From Spirochaetia bacterium (lineage in GTDB: Bacteria; Spirochaetota; Spirochaetia; WTKD01; G963693115): a stretch of 64,000 nucleotides of DNA. The notes under the pieces are model-generated. The model was not told where the DNA came from. It saw only the letters and a program-made list of their open reading frames with translations, and did not search any database. The stretch covers positions 65,919-129,918 of the forward strand of contig CBDAKK010000004.1 of NCBI GenBank assembly GCA_965196605.1, written 5' to 3'. Every line of letters begins with the position of its first letter. Position 1 is the stretch's first letter. The position numbers were made by a program, and so were the translations under genes. Shown here in pieces: positions 11,472-22,584 of this stretch.

Positions 11472-12055
11472 ATACTCTGTATACTTTCATTGCAAAAAGT
11501 GTGCGTGATTATATCAACCTATAAAGTGATAATTCTGAATAGGTAAGTGACTACAAGGCACTTTAAAAAATTAATTTTGGAAAGAGCGTTTAAAAACACG
11601 AAAAGATGTTCATCTTAGTCTGATTCAAATTAGCCCAACGTGTTCTTTTTAGCATAGCTAGAGCAACCGAAAATAGTATAGGAATGCTTTTATAAATTAG
11701 AATTTCCATATTAGAGGCGTGTGTAAGAAATGACGATTGCGACGAGCAAAGTAGCACGAAAGTTTTATAATACAAGCTCCTTGGCTCCAAAGTGTGTGGT
11801 GGTATTGTGCATGCGGCACGTTAACATAATAATCGTATAAACTCAAGTATCTTGGCTTTCTTTCATATTCTCAAATTCTTTCTGTTACACGCAGCGGTTG
11901 AATTCACAATTTCTTTTTTCTTACTTTCTGGTTGCGCTGCCCCCTTAAATCAACCACATACTGCTGAGATTTTTTGAAAGACTTGGCACATTTTGCAACA
12001 ATAAACCAACAGGAACGTGAATTATTTACAAGCGCAAAGTTTTGACTATACTTAA

Positions 12056-13558
<1,503 letters not shown>

Positions 13559-13575
13559 GCGTGTGTTTTTAATTT

Positions 13576-14289
13576 TTAAGAGTCCTTCTCGAGGTAGCCC
13601 TTGGTAAGGACTCCTTTTTTATTATTGAAAAACCCATGTGAGGCAAAGCTGTAGTGCGTGTGCATGGAAAAAATTATGTGGTCTAAAATTGGCACGGCCA
13701 TAATGTGACTCACAGCAATGAGCATTTTTGTGACTTCAATGTCTTCGGGGCTGGGTTTGACGTTGCCGCTTGGGTGGTTATGCGCGATGATGAGCGCAGC
13801 GCAGCGGTGCTGAAATGCCAAGGAAAACACCTCACGCGGATGCACAAGTGACTTGTTAACAAAGCCTACAAAAACCACATGCTTGTGAATGACACAGTGC
13901 GCGCCGTTGAGACAGAGTACAATAAAATGTTCCTGTTGCCTGTCGGCGTAGTGAGCGAGTAGCGGCAAGACATCTTCAGGCCCAGTTATTTTCCACTGCG
14001 CAGGCGTGCCTATGCGGTGAGACATTTCCAGCGCGGCGAGTATTACCATGGCTTTGGTTTTGCCCAAGCCTGTAAGTGCAACGAGGCTTTCCAAGGTTAC
14101 TACGCCGTAGTTTTCGTCTATCACCTTCAAAACCTTTCGAGCCAGCGAAAACACCGAGTGTCCCTTTACGCCACTCCCTATCAAAATACTTATAAGCTCT
14201 TCGTCTGACAAAAACGTCACGCCTTCATGAAGAAGTTTTTCTCTCGGGAGCATTTTTGAATCCTGTTGTGCATAGGCACTAAATCGCAT
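13576..14289 (-). CDS. radC: RadC-family JAB/MPN-domain protein
   Basis: LPREKL..LSDEEL, VHPREVF, HNHPSG..PSPED, LDHII. Exact start uncertain. Confidence 0.9.
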   Translation of the reverse strand: MRFSAYAQQDSKMLPREKLLHEGVTFLSDEELISILIGSGVKGHSVFSLARKVLKVIDENYGVVTLESLVALTGLGKTKAMVILAALEMSHRIGTPAQWKITGPEDVLPLLAHYADRQQEHFIVLCLNGAHCVIHKHVVFVGFVNKSLVHPREVFSLAFQHRCAALIIAHNHPSGNVKPSPEDIEVTKMLIAVSHIMAVPILDHIIFSMHTHYSFASHGFFNNKKGVLTKGYLEKDS

Positions 14290-14518
14290 GTTCATATCAT
14301 TACATACAGGCATTTGAGAATTTTACTTGTGGTACAATCAAAATAATACGTTTTTGAATGGTCTCTGTTCAGCACGCTTTTATGAGAATGCAGGGGCAGC
14401 ATGTAACAAGTGAGTCGACTCTTGACCTCAATGGAACAAGAAACACAAAGCACAATTTTGAGTCTTGCAAAGATTGAGGACTGAGGTATTTACAGGTCGT
14501 GAAATAGAGATAATACAT

Positions 14519-16549
14519 ATGGATAGCATCAATTTCACAGAAAGATCAAATTTTATATGGTCTATTGCCAATCTTTTGCGCGGACCCTATCGTCCCAATC
14601 AATATAAAGATGTAATGTTGCCCTTGGTGGTGCTGCGTCGCTTAGACTGCGTGCTTGAGCCCACCAAGCAAAAGGTGCTTAAAGCATATGAAACAATGAA
14701 GGGTAAAAAGGCCGATAACGAGGGTGTTATTGATCTTAGGCTTCGTAAAATAACAGGTTTGGATTTTTTCAACAGCTCTCCCTATGACTTTCAAAAACTC
14801 AAAGATGATGCGGATAATATTGCAGCTAATTTTGTGCATTACATACAAGGCTTTAGTGCAAAGTTGCGTTCAATTGTAGCGTCTTTTAAATTTGAAGAGC
14901 AACTTGAAAAATTGCAAAGGCACAACTTGCTTTTGCTTGTGATTTCAAAGTTTGCAGAAACAGACTTGCACCCCGAGAAGGTTTCCAACATTGAAATGGG
15001 CTATGTTTTTGAAGACCTTATTAGGAGGTTTAACGCGGCCAGCAACGAAGAAGCGGGAGACCACTTTACGCCGCGAGAAGTAATTAGGCTTATGGTTGAA
15101 ATACTCTTTAAGTCCGACAGGGAAATTTTGGAACAACGTGGAAGCTTACGAAGGTTGTATGACCCCGCCATGGGAACGGGTGGCATGTTGTCGATTTCTG
15201 AAGAATATTTGCATGAGCAGAACCTGCATGCACGCTTGAAGGTTTTTGGGCAGGACTACAACGAGCAGTCCTACGCAGTTTCAGGTTCTGACATGCTGAT
15301 AAAGGGACAGAACATAGAAAATATTGTGCTGGGTGACAGTTTAACCGAGGATGGTTTTGTAAATGCGAGTTTTGACTACATGCTTGCAAACCCACCTTTT
15401 GGGGTGGAGTGGAAGTCACAGGAGGAGTTTGTAAAAGACGAACATGAAAAACGCGGCTACGATGGGCGCTTTGGGGCGGGGCTACCGCGAATTACGGACG
15501 GGTCTTTTTTGTTTTTGCAACACATGATTTCTAAAATGAAGAAGCCCGAAGATGGTGGCACGCGCCTTGCCATTGTGTTTAACGGGAGCCCCTTGTTCAC
15601 GGGTTCTGCGGGTTCAGGGGAGAGCGAAATACGCAAGTGGATTATAGAGCAAGATTTGCTGGAGGGCATTATAGCCTTGCCCGACCAGTTGTTTTACAAC
15701 ACGGGCATTGCCACTTATATATGGGTTTTGAGCAACAGAAAAACAAAGGCGCGCAAGGGCAAGATTCAGCTCATTGATGCTACGTCTTATTTTTCAAAAA
15801 TGCGCAAAAGCTTAGGTAACAAGCGGCATGAAATTTCAGAAGAAGGGCGCAAAAAAATAGCCGCGCTGTATGAGAATTTTAAAGAGACAAAGCATTGTAA
15901 AATTTTTGAGAATGCCGACTTTGGCTACGCGCGTATTTGTGTTGAGCAGCCCTTGCGCGTGCGCTGTGTGGTAGACGAAGCAGGCCTTGCGCGCTTGCAA
16001 GAGTGCACGCAGTTTGCGGCCTTGGGCACAAGTAAAAAGCGCAAGAACAGCGCGCAGATTGAAGCGGAAATTGCGGCGGGGAAAAAACAGCAAGACGCCA
16101 TTGTGCATGCGCTGCGGGAAATAAACGGGGTGTTTTACAATTACTCGGAGTTTGTGAAAGCCCTTGAGGCTGCGTTTGCACGCCATGAGCTTGTAGTGAG
16201 CGCTACGCTGCGCAAGGCATGTGTGGAGGCATTTTCACAACGTGATGAAAAGGCGGAAGTGGCAAAGGACGAGCGAGGGCGCGTAAAGGCAGTCCCCGAG
16301 TTGCGCGACTATGTAAACGTGCCATTGAAGGAAGCAGTTGCAGGCTACATGGCGCGCGAAGTGCTGCCCTATGTGAGTGAAGCATGGGTTGACGAAAGCA
16401 AGACAAAAGTGGGTTACGAGATTTCGTTTAATCGCTATTTTTATGAGTACCAAGCACCGCGGAGTTTGGAAGAGATAGAAGGCGACTTGCGCAAGGTTGA
16501 AAGTGAAATTGCGCGGTTTTTGCAGGATGGCATGGTGCATGAAACTTAA
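14519..16549 (+). CDS. hsdM: Type I RM methyltransferase subunit
   Basis: IWSIANLLRG, GDHFTPREV, YDPAMGTGG, ANPPFG, FYNTGI, GYEISFNRYFY. Confidence 0.95.
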   Translation: MDSINFTERSNFIWSIANLLRGPYRPNQYKDVMLPLVVLRRLDCVLEPTKQKVLKAYETMKGKKADNEGVIDLRLRKITGLDFFNSSPYDFQKLKDDADNIAANFVHYIQGFSAKLRSIVASFKFEEQLEKLQRHNLLLLVISKFAETDLHPEKVSNIEMGYVFEDLIRRFNAASNEEAGDHFTPREVIRLMVEILFKSDREILEQRGSLRRLYDPAMGTGGMLSISEEYLHEQNLHARLKVFGQDYNEQSYAVSGSDMLIKGQNIENIVLGDSLTEDGFVNASFDYMLANPPFGVEWKSQEEFVKDEHEKRGYDGRFGAGLPRITDGSFLFLQHMISKMKKPEDGGTRLAIVFNGSPLFTGSAGSGESEIRKWIIEQDLLEGIIALPDQLFYNTGIATYIWVLSNRKTKARKGKIQLIDATSYFSKMRKSLGNKRHEISEEGRKKIAALYENFKETKHCKIFENADFGYARICVEQPLRVRCVVDEAGLARLQECTQFAALGTSKKRKNSAQIEAEIAAGKKQQDAIVHALREINGVFYNYSEFVKALEAAFARHELVVSATLRKACVEAFSQRDEKAEVAKDERGRVKAVPELRDYVNVPLKEAVAGYMAREVLPYVSEAWVDESKTKVGYEISFNRYFYEYQAPRSLEEIEGDLRKVESEIARFLQDGMVHET

Positions 16550-17696
16550 GGGCATTGCGTGGCTTGGGGAGATGCCCGAGGGGTGGAAAAAAATACAACT
16601 GAACAACGTGTGTATAAAAGAGTCGTCGAATGTTTCAATGAAATCTATTGAGCAAGATAGTGGCAACTATCCAATTTACGGTGCACAGGGATTTATAAAA
16701 AATGTTAGTTTTTATCATCAAAAAGAAATGTATATTTCAATAATAAAAGATGGAGCAGGTATAGGTAGAATAGATATTAGAAAATCTTATTCATCAATAA
16801 TAGGTACTTTAGAATATATAAAGCCAAAAAAAGAAATAGATATTTATTATTTATACTACTTTCTTTGTAGCATAAAGCTATCGAATTATACTCGACAAAC
16901 AACAATTCCACATCTCTACTTTAAAGATTATTCTAGAGAAATTATCCCCCTCCCACCCCTTCAAATGCAAAAGCGCATTGCCGATTTTTTGGATGAGAAG
17001 ACGGCGCACATAGACGCCTTGATAACGAAAAAGCAAAGGCACATAGAGCTGCTTGATGAAAAACGGCAGGCTGTGATAACGCGCGCGGTGAGCAAGGGAC
17101 TAGACCCACATGCAAAAATGAAAGCTACAGGCATTGCGTGGCTTGGGGAAATACCCGAGGGGTGGAAAAAAATACAACTGAACAACGTGTGTATAAAAGA
17201 GTCGTCGAATGTTTCAATGAAATCTATTGAGCAAGATAGTGGCAACTATCCAATTTACGGTGCACAGGGATTTATAAAAAATGTTAGTTTTTATCATCAA
17301 AAAGAAATGTATATTTCAATAATAAAAGATGGAGCAGGTATAGGTAGAATAGATATTAGAAAATCTTATTCATCAATAATAGGTACTTTAGAATATATAA
17401 AGCCAAAAAAAGAAATAGATATTTATTATTTATACTACTTTCTTTGTAGCATAAAGCTATCGAATTATACTCGACAAACAACAATTCCACATCTCTACTT
17501 TAAAGATTATTCTAGAGAAATTATCCCCCTCCCGCCCCTGCAAGAACAAAAGCGTATTGCCGACTTTTTGGATAGGCAGACGCGCACAATAGACGCAGCA
17601 CAGGATACAATTAAAACATCGATTGCATTGCTCAAAGAGTATAGGGCGTCCTTACTAGAGCATGCGGTTTTGGGTAGGTTGAAGCATCTACAGTAG
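16539..17696 (+). CDS. hsdS: Type I RM specificity subunit with two identical TRDs
   Basis: WLGE(M/I)PEGW and PLPPLQ..QKRIADFLD conserved regions; ATG overlaps the end of hsdM; both TRDs translate identically. Confidence 0.93.
   Translation: MKLKGIAWLGEMPEGWKKIQLNNVCIKESSNVSMKSIEQDSGNYPIYGAQGFIKNVSFYHQKEMYISIIKDGAGIGRIDIRKSYSSIIGTLEYIKPKKEIDIYYLYYFLCSIKLSNYTRQTTIPHLYFKDYSREIIPLPPLQMQKRIADFLDEKTAHIDALITKKQRHIELLDEKRQAVITRAVSKGLDPHAKMKATGIAWLGEIPEGWKKIQLNNVCIKESSNVSMKSIEQDSGNYPIYGAQGFIKNVSFYHQKEMYISIIKDGAGIGRIDIRKSYSSIIGTLEYIKPKKEIDIYYLYYFLCSIKLSNYTRQTTIPHLYFKDYSREIIPLPPLQEQKRIADFLDRQTRTIDAAQDTIKTSIALLKEYRASLLEHAVLGRLKHLQ
16575..17533 (+). repeat. 380-bp exact direct repeat (16575-16954 and 17154-17533) encoding both hsdS TRDs
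   Basis: Two identical AT-rich copies offset by 579 bp. Confidence 0.92.
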
Positions 17697-17705
17697 GAGG
17701 TAGCT

Positions 17706-20693
17706 GTGAAGCATTACGACGAAGCGAGTTTTGAACACGCCATAGAGCATTATCTCACGCAACACAGTGGCTACGTTACAAGGGAGAGCGCGGCATTTGA
17801 CAAGGAACTTGCGCTCGACACACAGCTGTTTTGTGAATTTGTGCGCGCCTCACAGCCGCAAACGTGGAACTACCTCGAAAGCCTTCATAAAAACAATGCG
17901 CCTCAGGTGCTTATAAAAGACCTTGTGGCCGCGCTAGACTCTGAGCAGCATGGGTGCTTGCATGTTTTGCGGCACGGTTTTAAGTGCTATGGCAAAAGCA
18001 TTAAGGCGGCATTTTTTCAGCCCGCTACGGGCATGAATGCCGAGAATCAAAAACGCTATGCACAAAACACGCTGAGCATAAGCCGACAGGTGCATTATTC
18101 ACCCAAGCACAACAAAAGCATTGATGTGCTCCTCAGCATTAATGGCATTCCCCTTGTCACCATGGAGTTGAAAAACCCCTTAACGAAGCAAAACTACCTC
18201 CATGCCATTGGGCAGTATAAAAGAGACAGGGCACCCAGCGACAGGCTCTTTCAATTTAAAAAACGCGCCTTGGTTCATTTTGCCTTGGACAGCGATGAAG
18301 TGTATATGACGACCAAGCTTGCCAAAACGGAGACGGTGTTTTTGCCCTTTAACAAGGGGCGAGAAAATGGCAGGGGCAACCCCGACAATCCGCGTGGTCA
18401 CAAAACGGCATATTTGTGGGAAGAAGTGCTGGAGCGTCATTCGCTGCTTGAAATTGTTTCAAAGTTTTTGCACCTCGACAAGGGTAAAAAAAACCAAGGT
18501 GAGCTTATGATATTTCCGCGTTATCACCAGCTTGATGTGGTGCGAAAATTACTAGCGGTTTCACGGAAGGAGGGGGCGGGGCACAACTACCTCGTTCAGC
18601 ATTCCGCGGGCTCGGGCAAGTCTCATTCCATTGCGTGGACGGCGCACAGGCTTGCTTCGCTGCATAATGAAAAAGCTGAAAAGGTTTTTTCTTCCGTCAT
18701 AGTGGTTACTGACCGCAGGGTTTTAGACCAACAGTTGCAAGAGACCATTTATCAGTTTGAACACCAAAGAGGGCTTGTAGAAAAAATTGACAAAAACTCA
18801 GCACAGCTGGCGCAAGCCTTGATTTCAGGAAGCCCTATTATAGTTACCACTATTCAGAAGTTTCCATTTGTTGTTGAAAAAGTTGCTGACGTACAAGACA
18901 AGACCTATGCGGTTATTGTGGACGAAGCGCACTCTTCTATGGGCAGGGAGAGCGTGAGTGAAATGAAGAGCGCGCTTAAGGGTGCGCTTGCAGACCATGA
19001 AGTTGCAACAAATGATGATGAATACTCACGCGGTGAAGCCCTGCTCATACAAGCCGTGGAGAAGCGCGGGCATCAAAAGAACATTTCTTTTTTTGCTTTT
19101 ACGGCAACGCCTAAATACAAAACCTTACATCTTTTTGGGCGACACAATTCGCCACACGCTACAGCTGACCCGAGTCCCGCGCCCTTTCATTTGTACAGCA
19201 TGAAGCAGGCAATAGAGGAGGGGTTTATTCTGGATGTTTTGAAAAACTACATTACCTACAAGACCTATTTCAAGCTTGTAAAAAATATGGCGGATGACCC
19301 AATAGTAGATGCACAAAAAGCGCGCAAGGCTTTGATGCTTTTTGTGCGCTTCCATGAGCATAACATTGCTGAAAAGGTGGAAGTAATAGTTGAACACTTT
19401 AGGGAGCATGTTGCAAACAAACTACAGGGTCAAGCAAAGGCAATGCTTGTTACGAGTAGTCGCTTACATGCCTTGCGCTATAAAAAGGCAATGGACGCCT
19501 ACATTGAAAAGTATGGGGATATGAAGACGCTTGTGGCATTCTCGGGTAGCCTTAATGATGAAGGGGAGGTGTATACGGAAGTTGAGGTGAACAAGGGCAT
19601 ACGCGAAAAAGAGCTCCCTGAAAAATTTGCGAGCGCCGAATACAAAATGCTGATTGTGGCAAATAAATACCAAACGGGCTTTGACCAGCCGCGTCTTTGT
19701 GCCATGTACGTTGACAAAGTGCTTGGGGGTGTACAAGCGGTGCAGACGCTTTCTCGTTTAAATAGAACTTTTCAAGGCAAGACAGAGACCTTTATTCTTG
19801 ACTTTGTAAACAGCCACGAACAAATACAAAAGGCTTTTAACCCTTATTATGAGCAAACTATGGTCGGTGATGAGATTGACCACCATAAGCTTTATGAACG
19901 TAAGACTAAGCTTGAGAGTTTTCAGGTTTATAGTACGGATGAGGTGAATGAATTTTGGGATTTGTGTGTTGCCACAAAAAGTTTTGAAAATGCGTCACAA
20001 GCACAGCAGGGGTACCATGGGCATATGCACACCCTTTTAGATAAAGCGCTTTCGCGATTTTCTCAACTCGATGATGAGAAGCAAGAAGATTTTGTAAGTA
20101 GCCTTGTCTCTTTTAGAAATTTGTATTTGTTGCTTGCACAAATAATTCCTTTTCAAGACGTCGATCTTGAAAAGCTGTCTACCTACTTGCGTTTTTTGCA
20201 CAGCAAGCTCCCTAAGCGCAATGGAGCATTGCCACTGAGTTTTGATGATGATGCTACACTCCAATATTACCGTTTGCAAAAGGAGCATGAAGACTCCATT
20301 GTTTTGGAGACAAATGAAAACACGCCTATTTATGGACACACCGACACTACCCCTGCTCACAAAGACGCCGAGGAAGAACCCTTATCTGAAATTATAGCTT
20401 CTATGAACACGCGATTTGGTACAGAGTTTACCAAGTCTGATGAGTATCTTCTTGATTCTGTACATGAAGATGCAGTGCAAAATACTTCTTTGCAAGCGTC
20501 TGCCAAGGCAAACAGCCTTGATAATTTTCGCCACTCGCTTGCTGAGACACTTGAAGTGCTATTTTATAATCGCATGGAAACAATGGAACAAAACGAAAAA
20601 TTTACGCAGAAATTTTTTAATGACAAAGCATTTAAAGAAGCAATTTTAGACGAGCTTACAGAGCCTATTTACGAAGCTATACACTCACAATGA
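17706..20693 (+). CDS. hsdR: Type I RM restriction subunit
   Basis: DVLLSINGIPLVTMELKN nuclease motif, HSAGSGKS, DEAH, FTATP, QTGFDQP, QTLSRLNR. GTG start after AGGAGG. Confidence 0.95.
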   Translation: MKHYDEASFEHAIEHYLTQHSGYVTRESAAFDKELALDTQLFCEFVRASQPQTWNYLESLHKNNAPQVLIKDLVAALDSEQHGCLHVLRHGFKCYGKSIKAAFFQPATGMNAENQKRYAQNTLSISRQVHYSPKHNKSIDVLLSINGIPLVTMELKNPLTKQNYLHAIGQYKRDRAPSDRLFQFKKRALVHFALDSDEVYMTTKLAKTETVFLPFNKGRENGRGNPDNPRGHKTAYLWEEVLERHSLLEIVSKFLHLDKGKKNQGELMIFPRYHQLDVVRKLLAVSRKEGAGHNYLVQHSAGSGKSHSIAWTAHRLASLHNEKAEKVFSSVIVVTDRRVLDQQLQETIYQFEHQRGLVEKIDKNSAQLAQALISGSPIIVTTIQKFPFVVEKVADVQDKTYAVIVDEAHSSMGRESVSEMKSALKGALADHEVATNDDEYSRGEALLIQAVEKRGHQKNISFFAFTATPKYKTLHLFGRHNSPHATADPSPAPFHLYSMKQAIEEGFILDVLKNYITYKTYFKLVKNMADDPIVDAQKARKALMLFVRFHEHNIAEKVEVIVEHFREHVANKLQGQAKAMLVTSSRLHALRYKKAMDAYIEKYGDMKTLVAFSGSLNDEGEVYTEVEVNKGIREKELPEKFASAEYKMLIVANKYQTGFDQPRLCAMYVDKVLGGVQAVQTLSRLNRTFQGKTETFILDFVNSHEQIQKAFNPYYEQTMVGDEIDHHKLYERKTKLESFQVYSTDEVNEFWDLCVATKSFENASQAQQGYHGHMHTLLDKALSRFSQLDDEKQEDFVSSLVSFRNLYLLLAQIIPFQDVDLEKLSTYLRFLHSKLPKRNGALPLSFDDDATLQYYRLQKEHEDSIVLETNENTPIYGHTDTTPAHKDAEEEPLSEIIASMNTRFGTEFTKSDEYLLDSVHEDAVQNTSLQASAKANSLDNFRHSLAETLEVLFYNRMETMEQNEKFTQKFFNDKAFKEAILDELTEPIYEAIHSQ

Positions 20694-20859
20694 ATATATA
20701 GCATGAACCACAATTGCTGTACCGTAGCTTTACGGGAACTTGTCCCAAAAAAAGCAGCCCGTGCACAGTACGCGCAAAAAGTTATATGCTTACGGCACAC
20801 GCTGTTTCTGCCGCCCTGCTCTGCTAAACAAAACGCCTTTTGCGTTTTTGTAGCGCGAT

Positions 20860-21340
20860 ATCGCAGCGCTTATGCAACAGTTTGCATCCCCTTGCTACGC
20901 TCGTGACTTTTTTGGATACTTTTTAATACTTGCGCACAGCATCTATGTTATTACTGCTTTAGCACACAGGATGGTTTTCTTTGATGCAAGCTCCATGTTT
21001 GCACCGCACAGCGGTGCTTATGCAATAGTTTGCATCCCCTCGCTACGCTCGCGACTTTTTGGTTCTTTCTTCATCGTTGCGCTTGTGTCTTGTTCCCTAT
21101 GGCGTTAGCCCCGCAACTGCACCACTTCTTTTTCTTTTTTCTTTGGTACCTTTCTTTTTTCTTTTTGAAAAAAGAAAAAAGAAAGTACAGCCGTCCGAGG
21201 CATCATCATACTGCATTAGCGTCTTGGCAACCAATGGCGTGAGTAACACATTGCGTGAGCTATAACACAAACGCTCGCGCGCAAGCGCTCAATAGCGTCT
21301 CACCCCAAAGGGGGGCGTGGGGGCATCTCCCCCACAAAGA
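20860..21340. repeat. Composite modular repeat locus R3
   Basis: Partial hairpin B, module A (~20926), full hairpin B (~20983-21055), polyT/polyA hairpin, cagccgtccgaggcatcatcata module and module D (~21295-21335). Confidence 0.85.
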
Positions 21341-21389
21341 AAAACTTGACCGCGTAGCTTGTAAATTTTGCTTGTGGTATAATTTTTAC

Positions 21390-21965
21390 ATGTCGGAAAT
21401 TAAATCATCTTTTGAAAAGGCAATGGAGCGCTTTAAGGACGTAGCGCCAGATAAGAAGTCACTGAAACGAAAAGAGTACGTTGATAAAGGCAAGTTGCTT
21501 TGCGCGCGCGTGTTGGAAAACCCACAGCTGGATATAGAACAGGAGCTTGCTGCATATTCAGAAGACGACAAGGAATACGTGCGCAATGGTTTAGGTGAGG
21601 CCTTGCTTTTGCAAATTGCGCTTCCAAGCAATGATACCTTTATGGGGCGTATAGAGGCTATTAAAACTATAGCAATGTCGCTTTCGCCCAACCCCGCTAT
21701 GGTGGAGCAGCTTATCAAGCAATTTCAAAGCGTGTGTCAGCAGTACCTAGAAGAAAATGCAAAATTTGCGCAGCAGCTACAGGCGCAACTTGCACAAATT
21801 AATCAACAGGCGCAGGCCAACCCCGCGCAAGCACAAACGCTGCAGGCGCGTGTTTTGCAAGCAGCGCAAGAGCAACGCAAGGATCTGCAAGACCATTTTG
21901 ACCCCGCGGTGAAAAAGGTACGTAATCATTTGCGGCAGCTGTGTGGCTTTGCGCTTGAGCGTTAA
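21390..21965 (+). CDS. Conserved hypothetical helical/coiled-coil protein (DUF6657-like N-terminus MSEIKSSFEKAMER)
   Basis: Open frame with a Gln-rich coiled coil. The ORF-finder extension upstream lies inside repeat DNA; an extended -10 box sits 6 nt before ATG 21390. Confidence 0.7.
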   Translation: MSEIKSSFEKAMERFKDVAPDKKSLKRKEYVDKGKLLCARVLENPQLDIEQELAAYSEDDKEYVRNGLGEALLLQIALPSNDTFMGRIEAIKTIAMSLSPNPAMVEQLIKQFQSVCQQYLEENAKFAQQLQAQLAQINQQAQANPAQAQTLQARVLQAAQEQRKDLQDHFDPAVKKVRNHLRQLCGFALER

Positions 21966-22001
21966 TGCAAATTTGTAAATCATTGGTGAATTTGTTGACC
22001 A

Positions 22002-22478
22002 ATGCAGAATATTGAGTTAAAGCTTAAAGACATGAGTATAACTACTACATCATCTACTACTGCATTACGCATTCTTTCATATGGAATGATATTTATTGGC
22101 GCTGCATGGCTTGCGAGCGTCATACTCTTGTTTGAGAAATCAATAACTCCCGCTACAACTTTTGTTGGAATGATAGCCTCATTTTTAGGCTTGGATGTGG
22201 CAAAGGTACTTAAGGCGACGTTTGATGCACCCAAAAATCAATTTAAAAGAATTAGAAAATTTCGATATGTGTTTTGTTTACTTATTATGCTCGCACTGTA
22301 CGCGCTCTGTTTGGTAGTGAGAAACCAAACAGACGTTGTTGATACTGCCAATATGTTGACCAACGGTGCATTTGCTATTATGGCGCTTTTTTTGGCAGTC
22401 ATAGGGGGTAATAAAATACTCACTCCTCACCACGGTAAAAACAGCGCTAAAACACCATTGCATTCTAAAAAAAGATAA
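22002..22478 (+). CDS. Hypothetical four-TM membrane protein
   Basis: Two pairs of hydrophobic helices; no recognised family motif. Confidence 0.65.
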   Translation: MQNIELKLKDMSITTTSSTTALRILSYGMIFIGAAWLASVILLFEKSITPATTFVGMIASFLGLDVAKVLKATFDAPKNQFKRIRKFRYVFCLLIMLALYALCLVVRNQTDVVDTANMLTNGAFAIMALFLAVIGGNKILTPHHGKNSAKTPLHSKKR

Positions 22479-22584
22479 AACTAATAAACTTGCCTTTCTA
22501 GGTTGCGTTGAATAAGACGAAAATTGTTATTAAAATTAACAATATATTTATCAAACACTTACTAATAAGAGGAGCAAAAAAAAT

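Larger units (their letters stand above)
8001..11537 (+). mobile_element. IS1595-family transporter IS carrying an RM passenger gene
   Basis: Left end cggaattatcactttataggttgacat (8001-8027) vs reverse complement of 11511-11537 cagaattatcactttataggttgatat (25/27 identical). They enclose the transposase and passenger. No target-site duplication seen. Confidence 0.9.

Noticed and set aside
7993-11545. 8-bp target-site duplication around the IS1595 element
   Set aside because: The flanks aaattaaa and aataggta do not match.
11819-11846. dif-like site (minus strand ttgagtttata-cgatta-ttatgttaacg)
   Set aside because: Only the XerD-like arm matches; the XerC arm lacks the expected ..TAA symmetry.
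16575-17533. Invertible hsdS shufflon or DGR template/variable repeat pair
   Set aside because: The repeats are direct and identical with no adenine-specific differences; no recombinase, silent hsdS or reverse transcriptase is nearby.
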